Positions 63,016 through 64,000 of a DNA stretch of 64,000 nucleotides are shown here, one piece after another. Source of the DNA: Chiloscyllium plagiosum (taxonomy: Eukaryota). How positions within the stretch are numbered: position 1 is the first letter of the stretch; each line of letters begins with the position of its first letter. The stretch spans positions 5,749,474 to 5,813,473 of the forward strand of contig NC_057755.1 of NCBI RefSeq assembly GCF_004010195.1, given 5' to 3'. The translations under genes were made by a program, and so were the position numbers. The notes under the pieces were generated by a model. It had not been told where the DNA came from. It saw only the letters and a program-made list of their open reading frames with translations, and ran no database searches.

Positions 63016-64000
63016 GTTGAACAGAAACTGTAACGATGAGTGAAGATTTCGAAACTTACTGATTGGCACTGAACAGTTATTTCCCTTTGAGAATAGCTCG
63101 ACTGCACTTTTGTTGAACGCCAAAATTAGTTTACTGATTGAAGCTGTGCTTTGGTCGCGCATCATTCATTATCACTGGCGATATTTTGGTGTTGACATAA
63201 CGTTGATTTTTCTTAAACTCACTTCAACTTTTGCAATTGCTTGAATCCCCTTTTGTTTCCTAATTCATTTAAATAAAGTCAAAGATGCAGCCCAACACAG
63301 CATAAGACAAACCAGAATATTAATGCAATTTCACGACAGTAATACGTTCTTTCATGACAGTTAATTAATGATCTTCAGAATCATCATGTCCTGATGAATA
63401 TTCTCAAATCCCTATGCTCCCAATTGTGACACGGGTTTTGCGGATCTATATGAAAAGTATTTCCAAGAAGGTCGTTCCTCAGTGAGTCCAGGTCAGGTGT
63501 ACATTTCAGCATTGCAGGGCATTACCTCACATTACATTAACCTCACAAAGTCTGTGTGCAACAAACAATGGTATGTTATCATCTAAATCGAGGAGCAAAC
63601 GGTCACAGAGAGAGAGAAAAAAAGCAAGTGAATGCCTGAAGTGATCGCCATGTCACATTGCCAGATATCGTTTCAAAATTGAAAGATTTGAAATGTTTAT
63701 GTTTATTCACAAAGCACATCAGTCACGGCAAGTATCATGTCATACTATTTCTGGATAACTTATGCACGAAAAGTTCTTCCTGAATTAACAATATTTCCCG
63801 TCGTTGTTCAAGTATTCATTCGGCTTTCCTTTTCATGATGATCAAATTCCAGATCCTATCACTGACACCTTGGTAAGACTTCTTTTATGATATTGAATTT
63901 GCAGCATTTTTTCAATATTATGTTTTCCAAATTTGATTTAAAAAAAACAGTAAGCACGCTATGAACTTGATATGATCCCCATTTCATTTAGTCTATACTT

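Overview
Eukaryotic, AT-rich, repeat-dense DNA from a cartilaginous fish. HE1-type SINEs and HER1/CR1 LINEs point to a shark; the species cannot be determined from this window. The host content is part of a cluster of two-exon, GPR139/GPR142-like class A GPCR genes. Two are intact, reconstructed here by splicing a ~70-nt exon 1 to a ~0.9-kb exon 2 across a phase-1 intron in TM1: gene A (+, 38936-39008 / 43587-44494, 326 aa) and gene B (-, 60274-60208 / 55795-54924, 312 aa). Three are pseudogenes: a B-like 3' fragment at 2822-3164, and a head-to-head pair (C1 at 5278-11190, C2 at 23790-28560) created by a ~7-kb inverted duplication. The downstream flank of the B-type gene occurs three times, predicting another paralog just past the right edge. 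The rest is transposon debris: a decayed two-LTR Gmr1-type Gypsy element (integrase upstream of RT), many CR1 copies, Tx1-, Rex-Babar- and Penelope-like fragments (one with a minimal hammerhead-ribozyme motif), SINEs, a ~33-bp minisatellite, and a solo LTR split by several poly(A)-tailed insertions stacked at one site. All alignments were made by eye, repeat boundaries are approximate, and family names rest on recognised motifs, not database searches.
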